A DNA stretch of 64,000 bases from Paragordius varius (taxonomy: Eukaryota; Animalia; Nematomorpha): contig OZ176055.1 in assembly GCA_964247055.1 (NCBI GenBank), positions 9,424,001 through 9,488,000 on the forward strand, in the 5' to 3' direction. This document shows, in pieces, positions 63,795 through 64,000 of this stretch. The notes under the pieces were generated by a model, which made no database searches, had not been told where the DNA came from, and saw nothing but the letters and a program-made list of their open reading frames with translations. The translations under genes were made by a program, and so were the position numbers. Position 1 is the first letter of the stretch. Every line of letters begins with the position of its first letter.

Positions 63795-64000
63795 TTATGG
63801 TGGTTTATTGAATGATACATGTTGAGATTTACGTGCATTAATGGTGCTTGGTCTTTGCATTAAATATAATTTCTGTTGTTTTTGCAGTTCCTTGTTCATG
63901 AGCTGTTCCGTTTGTGATTTGCCATGAATCCAACCCAGGTACCATCCAATGTACACAATAACCCCAAAGAAAATTATAGATAGGACAATGGTCCATATTT
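63795..64000 (-). CDS. C-terminal exon of an unidentified single-pass membrane protein (gene enters from the right edge)
   Basis: Open frame 63998-63795: IWTIVLSIIFFGVIVYIGWYLGWIHGKSQTEQLMNKELQKQQK...FNKPP*. One TM helix plus a cytoplasmic tail; GC is higher than the flanks. Confidence 0.6.
   Translation of the reverse strand, partial: IWTIVLSIIFFGVIVYIGWYLGWIHGKSQTEQLMNKELQKQQKLYLMQRPSTINARKSQHVSFNKPP

Overview
Very AT-rich, intron-containing animal genomic DNA. A CTCF orthologue points to a bilaterian invertebrate; 23-33 nt micro-introns suggest a compact or derived genome, but the species cannot be fixed from the sequence. Reconstructed genes, left to right: riboflavin transporter SLC52 (-, runs off the left edge), DC-STAMP-domain DCST2/sneaky/SPE-42-like protein (-, 8 exons), CTCF-like protein with 10 zinc fingers (+, 8 exons), secreted serpin with a non-inhibitory-type hinge (+, 3 exons), endosomal Na+/H+ exchanger SLC9A6/7/9-like (-) head-to-head with a Hippo/MST kinase (+), and the last exon of an unknown single-pass membrane protein (-, right edge). 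The main structural feature is a direct tandem duplication of about 10.5 kb (~37.7-48.4 kb and ~50.0-60.3 kb). It copies only the 5' portions of both head-to-head genes, so there are two NHE 5' cassettes with one set of 3' exons and two kinase cassettes with one SARAH exon. Both copies are nearly protein-identical despite many synonymous changes. This is either a shared-3'-end gene architecture or two divergent haplotypes assembled in tandem. The NHE carries a U12 AT-AC intron. Introns and intergenic DNA hold non-autonomous Helitrons (one with a 475-bp tandem array), TTAA-flanked piggyBac MITEs, Tc1- and hAT-like MITEs, mariner and RTE remnants, and a Penelope-like element with a minisatellite and degenerate hammerhead motifs. 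Exon boundaries and substitution counts are manual; no database searches were run.
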